DNA from: an uncultured Verrucomicrobiae bacterium
Lineage (GTDB): Bacteria > Verrucomicrobiota > Verrucomicrobiia > Chthoniobacterales > JAFAMB01
NCBI GenBank assembly: GCA_963837955.1
Contig: CAWIPH010000002.1
Location: 4,384,001 to 4,448,000 of the forward strand
Direction: 5' to 3'
Length of the DNA: 64,000 nucleotides
The notes under the pieces were generated by a model. The model did no database searches. It saw only the letters and a program-made list of their open reading frames with translations, and was not told where the DNA came from. The first letter of the stretch is position 1. The number at the start of each line of letters is the position of its first letter. The position numbers were made by a program, and so were the translations under genes. This document shows positions 37,606-46,975 of the stretch, piece after piece.

Positions 37606-37812
37606 CTAGGGCTGCCTATCGGCCTTAGCGTAGATCGCAGTGAGTTGAGAAAGGAGATCTCTCGCCTGATCAGGGCTCACGCCCATCCGCTTCTCAAACT
37701 CCCAGACCTCTACGGCGTTACACGCTTCGTTCAAAGCGTTAGACAAAACACCCAATTCGGCCTTTGAAATCGTCAGCGTGATTTCTTCCTCTTTAATATC
37801 GATTGCTTTCAT
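37606..37812 (-). CDS. Small hypothetical protein (68 aa)
   Basis: Start abuts the stop of the upstream epimerase gene; helical pattern EL..LSNALNE.CN....EF..RMG. Confidence 0.65.
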   Translation of the reverse strand: MKAIDIKEEEITLTISKAELGVLSNALNEACNAVEVWEFEKRMGVSPDQARDLLSQLTAIYAKADRQP

Positions 37813-38655
37813 TTAGCGGAGATTTGAGAGTATTTTTTCTATACCTTCTTGGAAAGTCGGAAAGCCCGGCTGCCAACCCAGTTTTCGCAGCTTCGCATTG
37901 GATACCTTTTTACTTGTCCAGGCACGTTTGCGGTTGAAGTCACGCGGTCCAAATGGCGGCATCGGTTTGCCGGTCCGCTGCGCAACCCAGCGAAACCATT
38001 CGAGCTGAGAGATCGGACTGTTATCGACGACGTTAAAGATGCCGCCTGGCTGCAACATGGCGAGGAATAGCAGTGCGCTCACCGCATCGTCTCGATAAAT
38101 CGAATTCATCACTCGCTCGCCCTCTCCTTCGATAATGGCGTCGGCAGCGAGTAACAGGCGAAGCGGCACACAACGACCCGGTCCATAAATTCCGGCCAGC
38201 CTCGCAACCGTCCCACCGCGTTCTAGGACGAGATCCTCAGCTATTCGAAGAATCCTTCCGGTCTCCCGTTCAGGTTCCGCGGTTGAATGTTCGTCGACCG
38301 AAGAACCGTCCGTTTGCGGATAGACAGAAGTGGAACTGATTAGGAGAAAATGCTCAATCTGCAGAGCAGCGAACAAATTTCTCGTTCCGCTCTCAAACAA
38401 GCCTCGGTAAGCGTCACTTCCCCCACCTCCGGAGCTGGCACAATGAACGACCAACGAAAACGACCGAAAGTTCAGGCGTTTGACAAAATCGGGTTCTCGG
38501 ATGTCGGCCGCAGTTACGTTCAATCCGCTTGCGCGTAGTTTAGCGGCGGAATCTTCCGACAGGGTCAAACCGACCGCCTGCCAACCCTTGTCCGAGAAGG
38601 CCTTTAACAACGGTTCGCCGATGTACCCGCAACCTATGAGTAATACGCTAGACAA
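37813..38655 (-). CDS. NAD-dependent epimerase/dehydratase (extended SDR, YeeZ-like)
   Basis: VLLIGCGYIG, ISSTSVY, RLAGIYGPGR. Confidence 0.9.
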   Translation of the reverse strand: MSSVLLIGCGYIGEPLLKAFSDKGWQAVGLTLSEDSAAKLRASGLNVTAADIREPDFVKRLNFRSFSLVVHCASSGGGGSDAYRGLFESGTRNLFAALQIEHFLLISSTSVYPQTDGSSVDEHSTAEPERETGRILRIAEDLVLERGGTVARLAGIYGPGRCVPLRLLLAADAIIEGEGERVMNSIYRDDAVSALLFLAMLQPGGIFNVVDNSPISQLEWFRWVAQRTGKPMPPFGPRDFNRKRAWTSKKVSNAKLRKLGWQPGFPTFQEGIEKILSNLR

Positions 38656-38685
38656 GCTCAGCCGATTCTCTAAGTATCACGAATC

Positions 38686-39717
38686 ATGAGCCTCCGAAAG
38701 ACGGTGCTACTGGCCACCTTGGGCGCCCTTATCGTTATCACCGCGCTGCATCTCACTTTCAATCTTCACGTTTTTTCGGGTCTCACTGGTAGTGAATCTT
38801 TCCGCGTCGGATTTTTACCGGTCACTTGCCATCTCACCTGCCCGGTCACCGATTTCATAAATAAACAAGTATCCGGACGATCCGAATTTCAGCCATTGCG
38901 ATTTCAAGGCTGGCCGGAACTGAAAGAAGCGTTCCTCTCCGGAGAGACGCCGGCCACTTTCATCCTTGCTCCGCTCGCGATGAAGCTCCGCGAAGATGGA
39001 GTGCCACTCAAAATTGTTTACCTTGGCCATCGGGATGGAAGCGCGATGATGGTGAGCAAAGATTCGACCATCTTTTCCATCGAAGATCTAAAAGGGAAGA
39101 CCGTCGCGGTCCCGAATCGGTTCTCTAATCAATGGCTGCTGGTGATCAAAGCGCTTAAGGAACACAACATGTCGACGAGCGATATTCATATGGTCGAGAT
39201 GCCGCCGCCTGACATGCCGGCCGCTTTGTTTAGTCATGCAGTTGATGCCATTACTTCGGGCGAACCATTCATGGGCCAGACCGAATTAGATGGTTATGGT
39301 CGGGTTCTTTATCTGACCAAAGACGTTTGGCCCAATTTCATTTCGTGCGTACTCGCGGTGAACGAAAGCGCGATCAAGAACAAGCGTGAGACGGTGCAAC
39401 GATTGGTCGACGGGATCGCCCGAAGCGGACAGTGGCTGGACAAGACGATGGATCACCGCATGGAAGCAGCGCAATTTGTAGCGCAATACTACTACAATCA
39501 AAATCCTCGCTTGCTTCAATTTGTGTTAAGCAAACCACCAGATCGGGTCAAGTATACGGACTTGGCCGTCCGCAAGCATGACTTCGAAGAGATTGAAGCG
39601 CTTGGAATAGAAGCCGGTATCCTGAAGGGAAAAGCTCACTTTGAAGATTATACCGACGCCAGTTTTGTTCCGCCCGGAAAACAGGTGGAGGCTTACAATT
39701 GGGACTATAAACCTTGA
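38686..39717 (+). CDS. ABC transporter substrate-binding protein, nitrate/sulfonate/bicarbonate family
   Basis: RVGFLP, WPELKEAFLSG, DLKGKTVAVP, MPPPDMPAAL, GEPF. Confidence 0.88.
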   Translation: MSLRKTVLLATLGALIVITALHLTFNLHVFSGLTGSESFRVGFLPVTCHLTCPVTDFINKQVSGRSEFQPLRFQGWPELKEAFLSGETPATFILAPLAMKLREDGVPLKIVYLGHRDGSAMMVSKDSTIFSIEDLKGKTVAVPNRFSNQWLLVIKALKEHNMSTSDIHMVEMPPPDMPAALFSHAVDAITSGEPFMGQTELDGYGRVLYLTKDVWPNFISCVLAVNESAIKNKRETVQRLVDGIARSGQWLDKTMDHRMEAAQFVAQYYYNQNPRLLQFVLSKPPDRVKYTDLAVRKHDFEEIEALGIEAGILKGKAHFEDYTDASFVPPGKQVEAYNWDYKP

Positions 39718-40478
39718 AAAAGTGGTTGCCGGTACTGTTGCCAGTGATTTCAATTACAGCAGCGGTATCCTTGTGGGACCTTGTAGTAGTTCTCTCTCAC
39801 ACCGACATTTTTCCGCGCCCGCACGAAGTGATCTTGGCCATTGGCGAACTGATTAGTCGGGGGGTGTTGTTCAATTACATTGTCGCTTCTTTGTTTCGAG
39901 TCGGGGTCGGGTTCACTCTAGCCACGCTCATCGGCGTACCCCTTGGTCTTATCCTGGGTTGGTTCCGTCCCGCCCTTTGGGCTATCAATCCGATTATTCA
40001 AATATTGCGCCCCATCTCCCCCATCGCCTGGATCCCGGTCGCTATTCTGTGGTTTCGAGTGGATGATCGCGCACCGATTTTCCTTATTTTTCTGGCCAGC
40101 GTCTTTCCCATCACCGTCTCTTCTCTGGCCGCCGTGCAAAACATTCAGCCCGTTTATGTTCGAGCAGCCGAGAATTTTGGTTTGCGCGGATTCGCGCTGT
40201 TTCGAAGGGTCATATTCCCGGCCTGCCTTCCGCAAATCCTGACCGGACTCCGCATCGCTATGGGGATCGCTTGGCTAGTCGTGGTAGCTGCCGAAATGAT
40301 CGCAGTAAACTCGGGACTCGGTTACTTGATCATCGATGCCCGAAATGCTGGAAAAAGGTACGATCTAGTAGTGGCAGGCATGCTCATGATTGGACTCATC
40401 GGTTTGTTTCTGGATTTTCTGATTCGCCAGCTGGAACTCTTCGACGAAGTGAAGTGGGGCTATTCGCAGAGGAATTAA
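39714..40478 (+). CDS. ABC transporter permease (SsuC/NrtB family)
   Basis: SLFRVGVGF, LRPISPIAWIP, PQILTGLRI, VVAAEMIA..SGLGYLI. Confidence 0.92.
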   Translation: MKKWLPVLLPVISITAAVSLWDLVVVLSHTDIFPRPHEVILAIGELISRGVLFNYIVASLFRVGVGFTLATLIGVPLGLILGWFRPALWAINPIIQILRPISPIAWIPVAILWFRVDDRAPIFLIFLASVFPITVSSLAAVQNIQPVYVRAAENFGLRGFALFRRVIFPACLPQILTGLRIAMGIAWLVVVAAEMIAVNSGLGYLIIDARNAGKRYDLVVAGMLMIGLIGLFLDFLIRQLELFDEVKWGYSQRN

Positions 40479-40482
40479 GACT

Positions 40483-41307
40483 TTGGATAAGCAAGGACCG
40501 ATCATTCAGGTGCGCGGCTTGGGCATGCAATTCGCGGGTAAGACCGCGCCCATCGTCGTTCTGGAAAACATCGATCTGGCGGTATCTCGTGGAGAATTCG
40601 TCTGCATTGTTGGCCCTTCCGGCTGCGGCAAGTCGACTTTGTTGAACATTATCGCCGGTTTTCTCAAACCGACGACCGGTGAAGTCTTGGTTCATGGCGC
40701 CCAGGTATCCGGTCCCAATCCCCAGCGCATTTTTGTCTTCCAGGAGAACGGTGTGTTTCCCTGGTTAACGGTCGAACAGAATATCGGCTTCGGACTAGAC
40801 CGACTCTCGCCCAACGAGAAGACGCCGATCATTCAGCGTTACGTCGATATGGTCGGGTTAACCAAGTTCGAAAAATTGTATCCGCGTGAGCTCTCTGGAG
40901 GGATGCGTCAACGGGTGGAAATTGCCCGCGCTCTGGCAGCCAATCCGGACATCATTTACATGGATGAACCGTTCGGTGCGCTCGATTTTCTGACCAGATT
41001 GAAGATGCGCGCGGATTTGACGCGCATTTGGCAAGAAGAGCGGAAAACGATCTTGTTCGTGACGCATGACATCGAAGAATCCGTGCAGTTGGCCGACCGG
41101 GTCATCGTATTGAGCCCGCGTCCTGGGAAGATTCAAAAAGATTTGCAGGTGGATCTGCCGCGGCCTCGCGATTTAGACTCTTCCGACTACTTGGAAATCC
41201 GAGACGAGATATTTCACACCATGGGGATGAGCCTGAGGGTCGGGTCGGACCCCATTCCCCCGCCGCACGCGACGACGTCTATCGACTCTCCGGCGCGTCG
41301 CGCCTGA
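40483..41307 (+). CDS. ABC transporter ATP-binding protein (SsuB/NrtD family)
   Basis: GPSGCGKST, LSGGMRQR, MDEPFGALD, FVTHD. Confidence 0.95.
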   Translation: MDKQGPIIQVRGLGMQFAGKTAPIVVLENIDLAVSRGEFVCIVGPSGCGKSTLLNIIAGFLKPTTGEVLVHGAQVSGPNPQRIFVFQENGVFPWLTVEQNIGFGLDRLSPNEKTPIIQRYVDMVGLTKFEKLYPRELSGGMRQRVEIARALAANPDIIYMDEPFGALDFLTRLKMRADLTRIWQEERKTILFVTHDIEESVQLADRVIVLSPRPGKIQKDLQVDLPRPRDLDSSDYLEIRDEIFHTMGMSLRVGSDPIPPPHATTSIDSPARRA

Positions 41308-41345
41308 CTCGAATAAATTGAGTTTTCCTCTCAAGACGCTGAGTA

Positions 41346-42398
41346 TTGGGCCGCTTGAAAGAACTCACTGATCAACTTCACGGCAAGGTCGATCTGACCC
41401 GCTCCCAAGTCCAATCCGCCTCCAAGCAGCTGGCGAGTCCGGACATCAGCGATGCGGAGAAAGCCAATTTCCTAGCCGCCTTGCGGGATAAGGGCGAGAC
41501 CGGCGAAGAGGTCGGCTATTTCGCAGAAGCGTTTCTGGCGATGGCTATTGCGCCAACCATTCAGATCGGAACAAAGCCGACGATCGACCTCTGCGGTACT
41601 GGGGGCGATCGTCTCGAACTGATCAACGTTTCTACTACGGCGATGTTTGTCGTGGCAGCTGCCGGCGTGGTGGTGCTGAAACATGGCAATCGCGCCATCA
41701 CCTCGCGATCGGGTGGCGCCGACGTCCTGGAAAGGTTGAGAATCCCGGTGTCTGGGGCGGCTGAGCGAATGGTCGCATGCATCGAAGAAACCGGGATCGG
41801 TTTTCTTTTTGCGCCTCTCTACCACCCTGCGTTTCAGTTGATCGCGCCGGTTCGTAAGCAGCTCGCGGAACAAGGAGTTGCCACCATCTTCAATCTACTC
41901 GGCCCGCTCCTGAATCCGTTGCGACCCCAGTTCCAGTTAGTCGGCGTGTTTTCTCACTCCATTCTGGAAAAATATGCGATCGCCCTGAGTCAACTCGGAC
42001 GCAGCCGGGCATGGGTAGTCCATGGTTCACTACCGGGCGGATCCGGCATGGACGAAATTTCTCCGCTGGGAGAAACTCAAGTCCACGAAGTAAAAGGAAA
42101 GTCGATTAATTATTTTCACCTCTTTCCAGACCAGCTCGGTATCCGTCCAGCTAATCTGCGTGAATTGCGCGGTGGAGATGCCGAAGCGAACGCGAAAACA
42201 TTGGAAGCGACTCTTTCCGGACATGAGCGCGGTGTCCGGCGCGATTTTGTGCTTTTGAACGCCGCCGCGGGATTAGTCATCGCCGGTATTGCGCCGAAAA
42301 TGGAGAGCGGACTACGCCTGGCAGCCGAGCTAATTGATTCCGGAAAGGCAGCCGCTAAACTCGACGAGTTTCAACGTTTCTTCGCGCCAAAGGCGTGA
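41346..42398 (+). CDS. trpD: Anthranilate phosphoribosyltransferase
   Basis: DLCGTGGD, NVSTTA, KHGNRAITSRSGGADVLE, TIFNLLGPLLNP, GMDEIS. Confidence 0.95.
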   Translation: MGRLKELTDQLHGKVDLTRSQVQSASKQLASPDISDAEKANFLAALRDKGETGEEVGYFAEAFLAMAIAPTIQIGTKPTIDLCGTGGDRLELINVSTTAMFVVAAAGVVVLKHGNRAITSRSGGADVLERLRIPVSGAAERMVACIEETGIGFLFAPLYHPAFQLIAPVRKQLAEQGVATIFNLLGPLLNPLRPQFQLVGVFSHSILEKYAIALSQLGRSRAWVVHGSLPGGSGMDEISPLGETQVHEVKGKSINYFHLFPDQLGIRPANLRELRGGDAEANAKTLEATLSGHERGVRRDFVLLNAAAGLVIAGIAPKMESGLRLAAELIDSGKAAAKLDEFQRFFAPKA

Positions 42399-42464
42399 GA
42401 GCCCAGCGATACAACCCTCCTAGCTCCTGGCTACCAATCACCAATCACTAATACTAATCACCGA

Positions 42465-43307
42465 TTACCTCCCACTCGCCCCCTCTCGGCTATTGGCGAT
42501 TGATTTCGGCAAATGTTCCAGACAGTACTCTTCACCATTTAACGACACGCGAAATTCGAGATCGGCATCGTCTCGCTCGGTCCGTTTACACACCACACAC
42601 CGGTGCAACGGTTCATCGGCCGGAACCGAACCTGCCGAATACTTCGTGCGGCGACTCTGGACTTGACGCCGTTGCCTGACAGTGGCGATCGCCGACGGGA
42701 GAAAGAACACGATGTAATTCAGGAACGAAAAAACAAACGTGATTTTATCGAACCAATCACCCATGAAGAATACGAGCAAGAGCCCGGCAAAACTGACCAT
42801 GGCCAACCATTTTACCCGGACAGGAAAGATCAGCAGCAGGTAGATCTGCACGTTCGGAAAGACCGTCGCGAAAGCAAAAAAGAGTGAGGTGTTAATTAAG
42901 AACGGCGAAGTGTTTCCTTCTAGCTGTCCCCAATTGAGCAGAAACGCGGCAATCGTTACACCGAGCATTCCTAGCAAATAGTAGATGGTCAGCCGGAAAG
43001 AACCCCAGGCTTGTTCGAGCGAATTGCCAATCCAGATCATCATCCAGATGTAAAGGAGGAAGAAAAGGGGTTGCATCCCCGGCGCGCCGCCACGGGTCAG
43101 GAAAACTTGCGGAATAAAGATGTACGAAAAGATCCGCCAAATTTCCCCGTGCAGAATCCGCGTCGGTTCCAGCGTGAGGTAATAAACGTATTCTGGCTGA
43201 AAGAGGTTCAGCACATAGACGAAAGCATTCAGCAGCGCAATCGTCGGTATGAGCCGAGGGATTGCGAGGAATCCCACTCGATGTTCCAACCAGTTCAGCC
43301 AAGACAT
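42465..43307 (-). CDS. Rhomboid-superfamily-like membrane protein with C-terminal Cys/His motif
   Basis: ILHGEIWRIFSYIFIP, GNSLEQAWG.FRL..YY, C-terminal HRCVVC...EYCLEHL. Confidence 0.7.
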   Translation of the reverse strand: MSWLNWLEHRVGFLAIPRLIPTIALLNAFVYVLNLFQPEYVYYLTLEPTRILHGEIWRIFSYIFIPQVFLTRGGAPGMQPLFFLLYIWMMIWIGNSLEQAWGSFRLTIYYLLGMLGVTIAAFLLNWGQLEGNTSPFLINTSLFFAFATVFPNVQIYLLLIFPVRVKWLAMVSFAGLLLVFFMGDWFDKITFVFSFLNYIVFFLPSAIATVRQRRQVQSRRTKYSAGSVPADEPLHRCVVCKRTERDDADLEFRVSLNGEEYCLEHLPKSIANSREGASGR

Positions 43308-43460
43308 AAATTCTCTCTCTTAGTGATCATTCGAAAAGCCGGGCGGCAACAGTGGGTCGCGGGCTGCGCTCGGCGGAAACCGCTATCTCGTTCATTGGCT
43401 GCTTTGAACTGACTGGATGCCACTCACGCAACGGAGGGCAAAATCAGCCGCGTTCAAGGG

Positions 43461-43841
43461 CTAATCTCCAATTTGGGTGCGATAGGCGGCCGGATCTTTC
43501 AATCCTTTAAGTTCATCTTGGCCGCTCAGTTTCAACTTGAATAACCAGCCTGCACCGTATGGATCGGTGTTGACCAGCGCCGGATTTCCCTCGAGCTCTT
43601 TGTTGGCCTCGACCACTTCTCCGCCCACCGGGGCGTAGATATCGCTAGCCGCTTTTACCGATTCGACCACGGCCGCGGTCTGCTTTTGCTGCAGTTTCGT
43701 CCCGATGGCGGGCACTTCCACGTAAACGATATCGGTCAGCTCGGCCTGCGCGTGATCAGTAATTCCGACCGTCCCAACGTCTCCGTCTATGCGAATCCAC
43801 TCGTGCGTCTCGGCGTATTTCAGGTCGTCAGGGACTAACAT
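43461..43841 (-). CDS. gcvH: Glycine cleavage system H protein
   Basis: LKYAETHEW, GITDHAQ, VVESVKAASDIYAPV (lipoyl Lys), NTDPYGAGW. Confidence 0.96.
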   Translation of the reverse strand: MLVPDDLKYAETHEWIRIDGDVGTVGITDHAQAELTDIVYVEVPAIGTKLQQKQTAAVVESVKAASDIYAPVGGEVVEANKELEGNPALVNTDPYGAGWLFKLKLSGQDELKGLKDPAAYRTQIGD

Positions 43842-44926
43842 GGTCTTTTGTATAACGGTTTTTTTTCAACAGTCGCGGGAAATCTTCGGCCACGCACTTC
43901 AATCTCCAGCGGTTGGCCCGGTTTGGCGTAGCTGCTCCTTAAATAGGCAAGCCCGATGCCTGTGCCCAGCGTAGGTGACTGACTCCCACTCGTTAGCTCT
44001 CCAATCTGCTGGCTTTCCACGTACACCGGATAATGAGCTCGCGGAGGCGCCGACTTCGGGGTCAACCGAATCGCGCATAAACGCTCCGCCACCCCGTCGG
44101 TCTTCTGTTTCAACAGCGGCTCGCGACCAATAAAATCATCTTTGCCAAGATCAACAAAAAATCCTAGTCCGGCTTCAACCGGTGTTCTGTTCGGGGAAAG
44201 GTCTGCCCCGTTGAGCGGGTAACAGGCCTCCAGTCTCAGCGTGTCCCGCGCTCCCAACCCGCAGGGAAGCAGTTGCCATAGCCGGCCGAGCTCGAGAAGT
44301 TGATTCCAAATTGCGCTCGCCGAATCGGATGGGAAGAAGGCCTCAAACCCATCCTCGCCAGTGTATCCCGTTCGAGCAATCAGGACTTGAACCGCTCCCA
44401 AGCGGTATGCTCGGATTCGGTTGCGCTCAGGGAGTTCTCCGATCGGGCGAAAAAGTTCGGCCGATTTTGGCCCTTGTACGGCGACGGCAGCAAAATGGTC
44501 GCTTCGATTCAATAGAGTAACCTCACCAGCAAGGTGGCCGCTCAACCACAGATAGTCCTCTTCAATTTTAGCCGCGTTTACGACCAGGAAATAGTGATGT
44601 TCTTCCATCCGATAGACGATCAGGTCATCGATCACCCCTCCCTCGTCGTTCAGCATCAGGGTGTATTGTCCTTCGCCAACCGCCAGTTTTGCGAGATTGT
44701 TGGTTAACAACCCGTTGAGCCACTCCTCGGCTTCCGGACCGAACACTTCGATTTCGCCCATGTGGGAAATATCAAAAATGCCAACAGCGTTACGTACGGC
44801 CTGATGTTCGTTGACGATACCGCTGTAGTAGACTGGCATTTCCCAACCACCGAATGGAACCATCTTCGCGTTCAGTTTCACATGTTCGGGATAAAGCACC
44901 GTACGGCGCAACGCACTGGAAGCCAT
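43835..44926 (-). CDS. gcvT: Glycine cleavage system T protein (aminomethyltransferase)
   Basis: FGGWEMPV.Y, GIFDISHMG, ARTGYTGEDGFE, GLGARDTLRLEA; the ORF-track extension upstream is repeat-derived. Confidence 0.96.
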   Translation of the reverse strand: MASSALRRTVLYPEHVKLNAKMVPFGGWEMPVYYSGIVNEHQAVRNAVGIFDISHMGEIEVFGPEAEEWLNGLLTNNLAKLAVGEGQYTLMLNDEGGVIDDLIVYRMEEHHYFLVVNAAKIEEDYLWLSGHLAGEVTLLNRSDHFAAVAVQGPKSAELFRPIGELPERNRIRAYRLGAVQVLIARTGYTGEDGFEAFFPSDSASAIWNQLLELGRLWQLLPCGLGARDTLRLEACYPLNGADLSPNRTPVEAGLGFFVDLGKDDFIGREPLLKQKTDGVAERLCAIRLTPKSAPPRAHYPVYVESQQIGELTSGSQSPTLGTGIGLAYLRSSYAKPGQPLEIEVRGRRFPATVEKKPLYKRPC

Positions 44927-44975
44927 GCCACCAACATAGAGAAGTTTGCAAAAGGTCCAAGCATCAGAATGCGTG

Positions 44976-45036
44976 TCGGCGTTTGGCGTTTGGCGTTTGG
45001 CGTTTGGCGTTTCGGCGTGTCGGCGTGTCGGCGTGT
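44976..45036. repeat. (GGCGTTT)n heptamer and (CGGCGTGT)n octamer run upstream of gcvT
   Basis: Direct tandem units visible in the sequence. Confidence 0.85.
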
Positions 45037-45137
45037 CACGAGAGGCCGAGACCCCGAGACGCTGTTCACTGTTCACCGTTCGCCGTTCATCGTTTGCTAC
45101 TCGCCGCTGCCTCCCTGCCCCGAAGGGGCTAGGAGGA

Positions 45138-45642
45138 TGTGTGTTTCGAGTCTGGGTAACACATTTGTGTCACTATTGAGGTGACACTTTGTGTCATAAT
45201 TTGGGTGACACTTGTGAGCAGAGAGAGCGCACTTTGGTGGGCAGGCGGAAATTCCCAAGAACAACGCTTAGACTGCTTTGTGCGGTGCTCAGGATGGAGC
45301 GTGCAACGTTTTGCGGTTCATTGGAGGGAGCGAGGAACGAGCGAACGAAGATCGAACGCAAAATGTGGTTAACTCCTGGCGCGAAGCGGCTCCAGATCAA
45401 GCTCGAAACGGAATAAATGGAGGGGACCTGCCGCAGGCAGGGAGGAGGCCGTTTATGCCGGATTTGAGCTTGATCTGGAGTGGCGCCGCGCCCGCCAGTG
45501 ATAGCGTACCAAGAGCCTCCAAGCCCAGAAGCAGAACTCCAGGCTCTGTTACCTTTTCTCTGACACACCCCGAGGCTTTTTTACCTTCCAAGTGTCACCC
45601 AATTAGTGACACAAAAGTGTCACCCAAATATGAAACCGGACC
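45138..45642. mobile_element. Non-autonomous ~505-bp element (MITE), copy 1, inserted in a REP; 4-bp TSD AGGA
   Basis: Imperfect ~50-bp terminal inverted repeats with reiterated GGTGACAC/GTGTCAC motifs; flanks AGGA|TGTGTG...GGACC|AGGA. Confidence 0.82.
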
Positions 45643-45895
45643 AGGACTCAGCCCGGGGTTTTAACCTGGTTTTAACCCCCGGGTACCATCCCCATGCGAC
45701 CCGCCCTGAAAGAGCGTTAGGATGGCTTGGCGTAACCCTGGGCACCCTGTATCAGAGCGTTGTCCTAATAGAAGCAGGATTCGATAGCGAAAGGCGAATG
45801 ACGTTTGCCCCGAAGGGGCTAGAGGACTCAGCCTGGGTTTTAACCCCGGGTACGTGCCCCCAATGCGATTCGCCCTGAAAGGGCGTTAGAATTAG
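45643..45895 (+). repeat. Left REP cluster of the RAYT gene
   Basis: Unit GCCCCGAAGGGGC-TAGAGGACTCAGCC..CCCGGG-TAC..CGCCCTGAAAGGGCG-TTAGA intact at 45807-45890; a second unit is split by the MITE. Confidence 0.85.
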
Positions 45896-45930
45896 CGTTA
45901 CAAACACATAAAAATATAATGTAATTATCT

Positions 45931-46380
45931 ATGTCTCAATCGCTCGCGCTCGTCTTGGTACACATTATCTTCTCCACCAAAAACCGGACGCCATTCCTGC
46001 ACTCACCCGAACTCCGGTCGGAGGTGCACGCTTACCTGATGGGAACCTTGCGGGGCCTCGGGTGCGAACCGCTTCAGGTGGGTGGAGTGCAAGACCATGT
46101 CCACCTATTATCCGGTCTTTCCCGAAGGACCTCGCTCGCCGAATTGGTCAAGAACCTCAAGACCAGCTCGACCAAGATTGTAAAAGCCAAAGGCTGTAGC
46201 AATTTCAGCTGGCAGACCGGTTACGGAGTTTTCTCTGTTAGCCAATCGACTAAAGAATCGGTCATTTCATATATCGCCGACCAAGAAATTCATCATAGCA
46301 AGATGACATTCCAGGAGGAGTTCCGGATACTCTTGAAAAAACACGGAGTGCGGTTTGACGAGCGATACCTGTGGGACTAA
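45931..46380 (+). CDS. Y1 HUH transposase of the IS200/IS605 superfamily, REP-associated (RAYT-type)
   Basis: HIIFSTKNR, DHVHLL (HUH), WQTGYG.FSVS, YIADQ (catalytic Tyr); no tnpB; flanked by inverted REP units. Confidence 0.92.
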   Translation: MSQSLALVLVHIIFSTKNRTPFLHSPELRSEVHAYLMGTLRGLGCEPLQVGGVQDHVHLLSGLSRRTSLAELVKNLKTSSTKIVKAKGCSNFSWQTGYGVFSVSQSTKESVISYIADQEIHHSKMTFQEEFRILLKKHGVRFDERYLWD

Positions 46381-46386
46381 TCCCGA

Positions 46387-46472
46387 CTAGTTCTAACGCC
46401 CTTTCAGGGCGGGTCGCGTGGGGGCATCGTACCCGGGGGTTAAAACCGGGTTAAAACCCCGGGCGGAGTCCT
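46387..46472 (-). repeat. Right REP unit of the RAYT gene (inverted; continues at 46976-46995 after the MITE)
   Basis: TTCTAACGCCCTTTCAGGGCG..GTACCCGGG..CCCGGGCGGAGTCCT then TCCTCTAGCCCCTTCGGGGC. Confidence 0.85.
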
Positions 46473-46975
46473 TGTGTGTTTCGAGTCTGGGTAACACATT
46501 TGTGTCACTATTGAGGTGACACTGTGTGTCATAATTTGAGTGACACTTGTGAGCAGAGAGAGCGTGCTTTGGTGGGCAGGCGGAAACCCCCAAGAACAAG
46601 GCTTAGACTGCTTTGAGCGGTTCTCTGGATGGAGCGTGCAACGTTTTGGGGTTGATTGGAGGGAGCGAGGAACGAGCGAATGAAGATCGAACGCAAATGT
46701 GGTTATCTCCTGGCGCGAAACCGCTCCAGATCAAGCTCGAAACGGAATAAATGGAGGGGACCTGCCGAAGGCGGGGGGCCGCCGGTTATGCCGGATTTGA
46801 GCTTGATCTGGAGTGGCGCAGCGCCCGCCAGGGATAGCGTACCAAGAGCCTCCAAGACCAGACGCAGAACTCCAGGCCCTGTTACCTTTTCTCTGACACA
46901 CCCCGTGGCTTTTTCGCCTTCCAAGTGTCACCCAATTAGTGACACAAAAGTGTCACCCAAATGTGAAACCGGACC
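46473..46975. mobile_element. Non-autonomous ~503-bp element (MITE), copy 2, inserted in a REP; 4-bp TSD TCCT
   Basis: Diverged direct repeat of 45138-45642; flanks TCCT|TGTGTG...GGACC|TCCT. Confidence 0.82.

Noticed and set aside
45513..45527. Possible guide sequence in the MITE complementary to its REP target (GGGCTTGGAGG vs GGGCTAGGAGG)
   Set aside because: Only a 10/11 match and not maintained in copy 2; compatible with chance
45931..46380. Conventional IS200/IS605 element with TnpB
   Set aside because: No tnpB; flanks are symmetric inverted REP units, which fits a RAYT better
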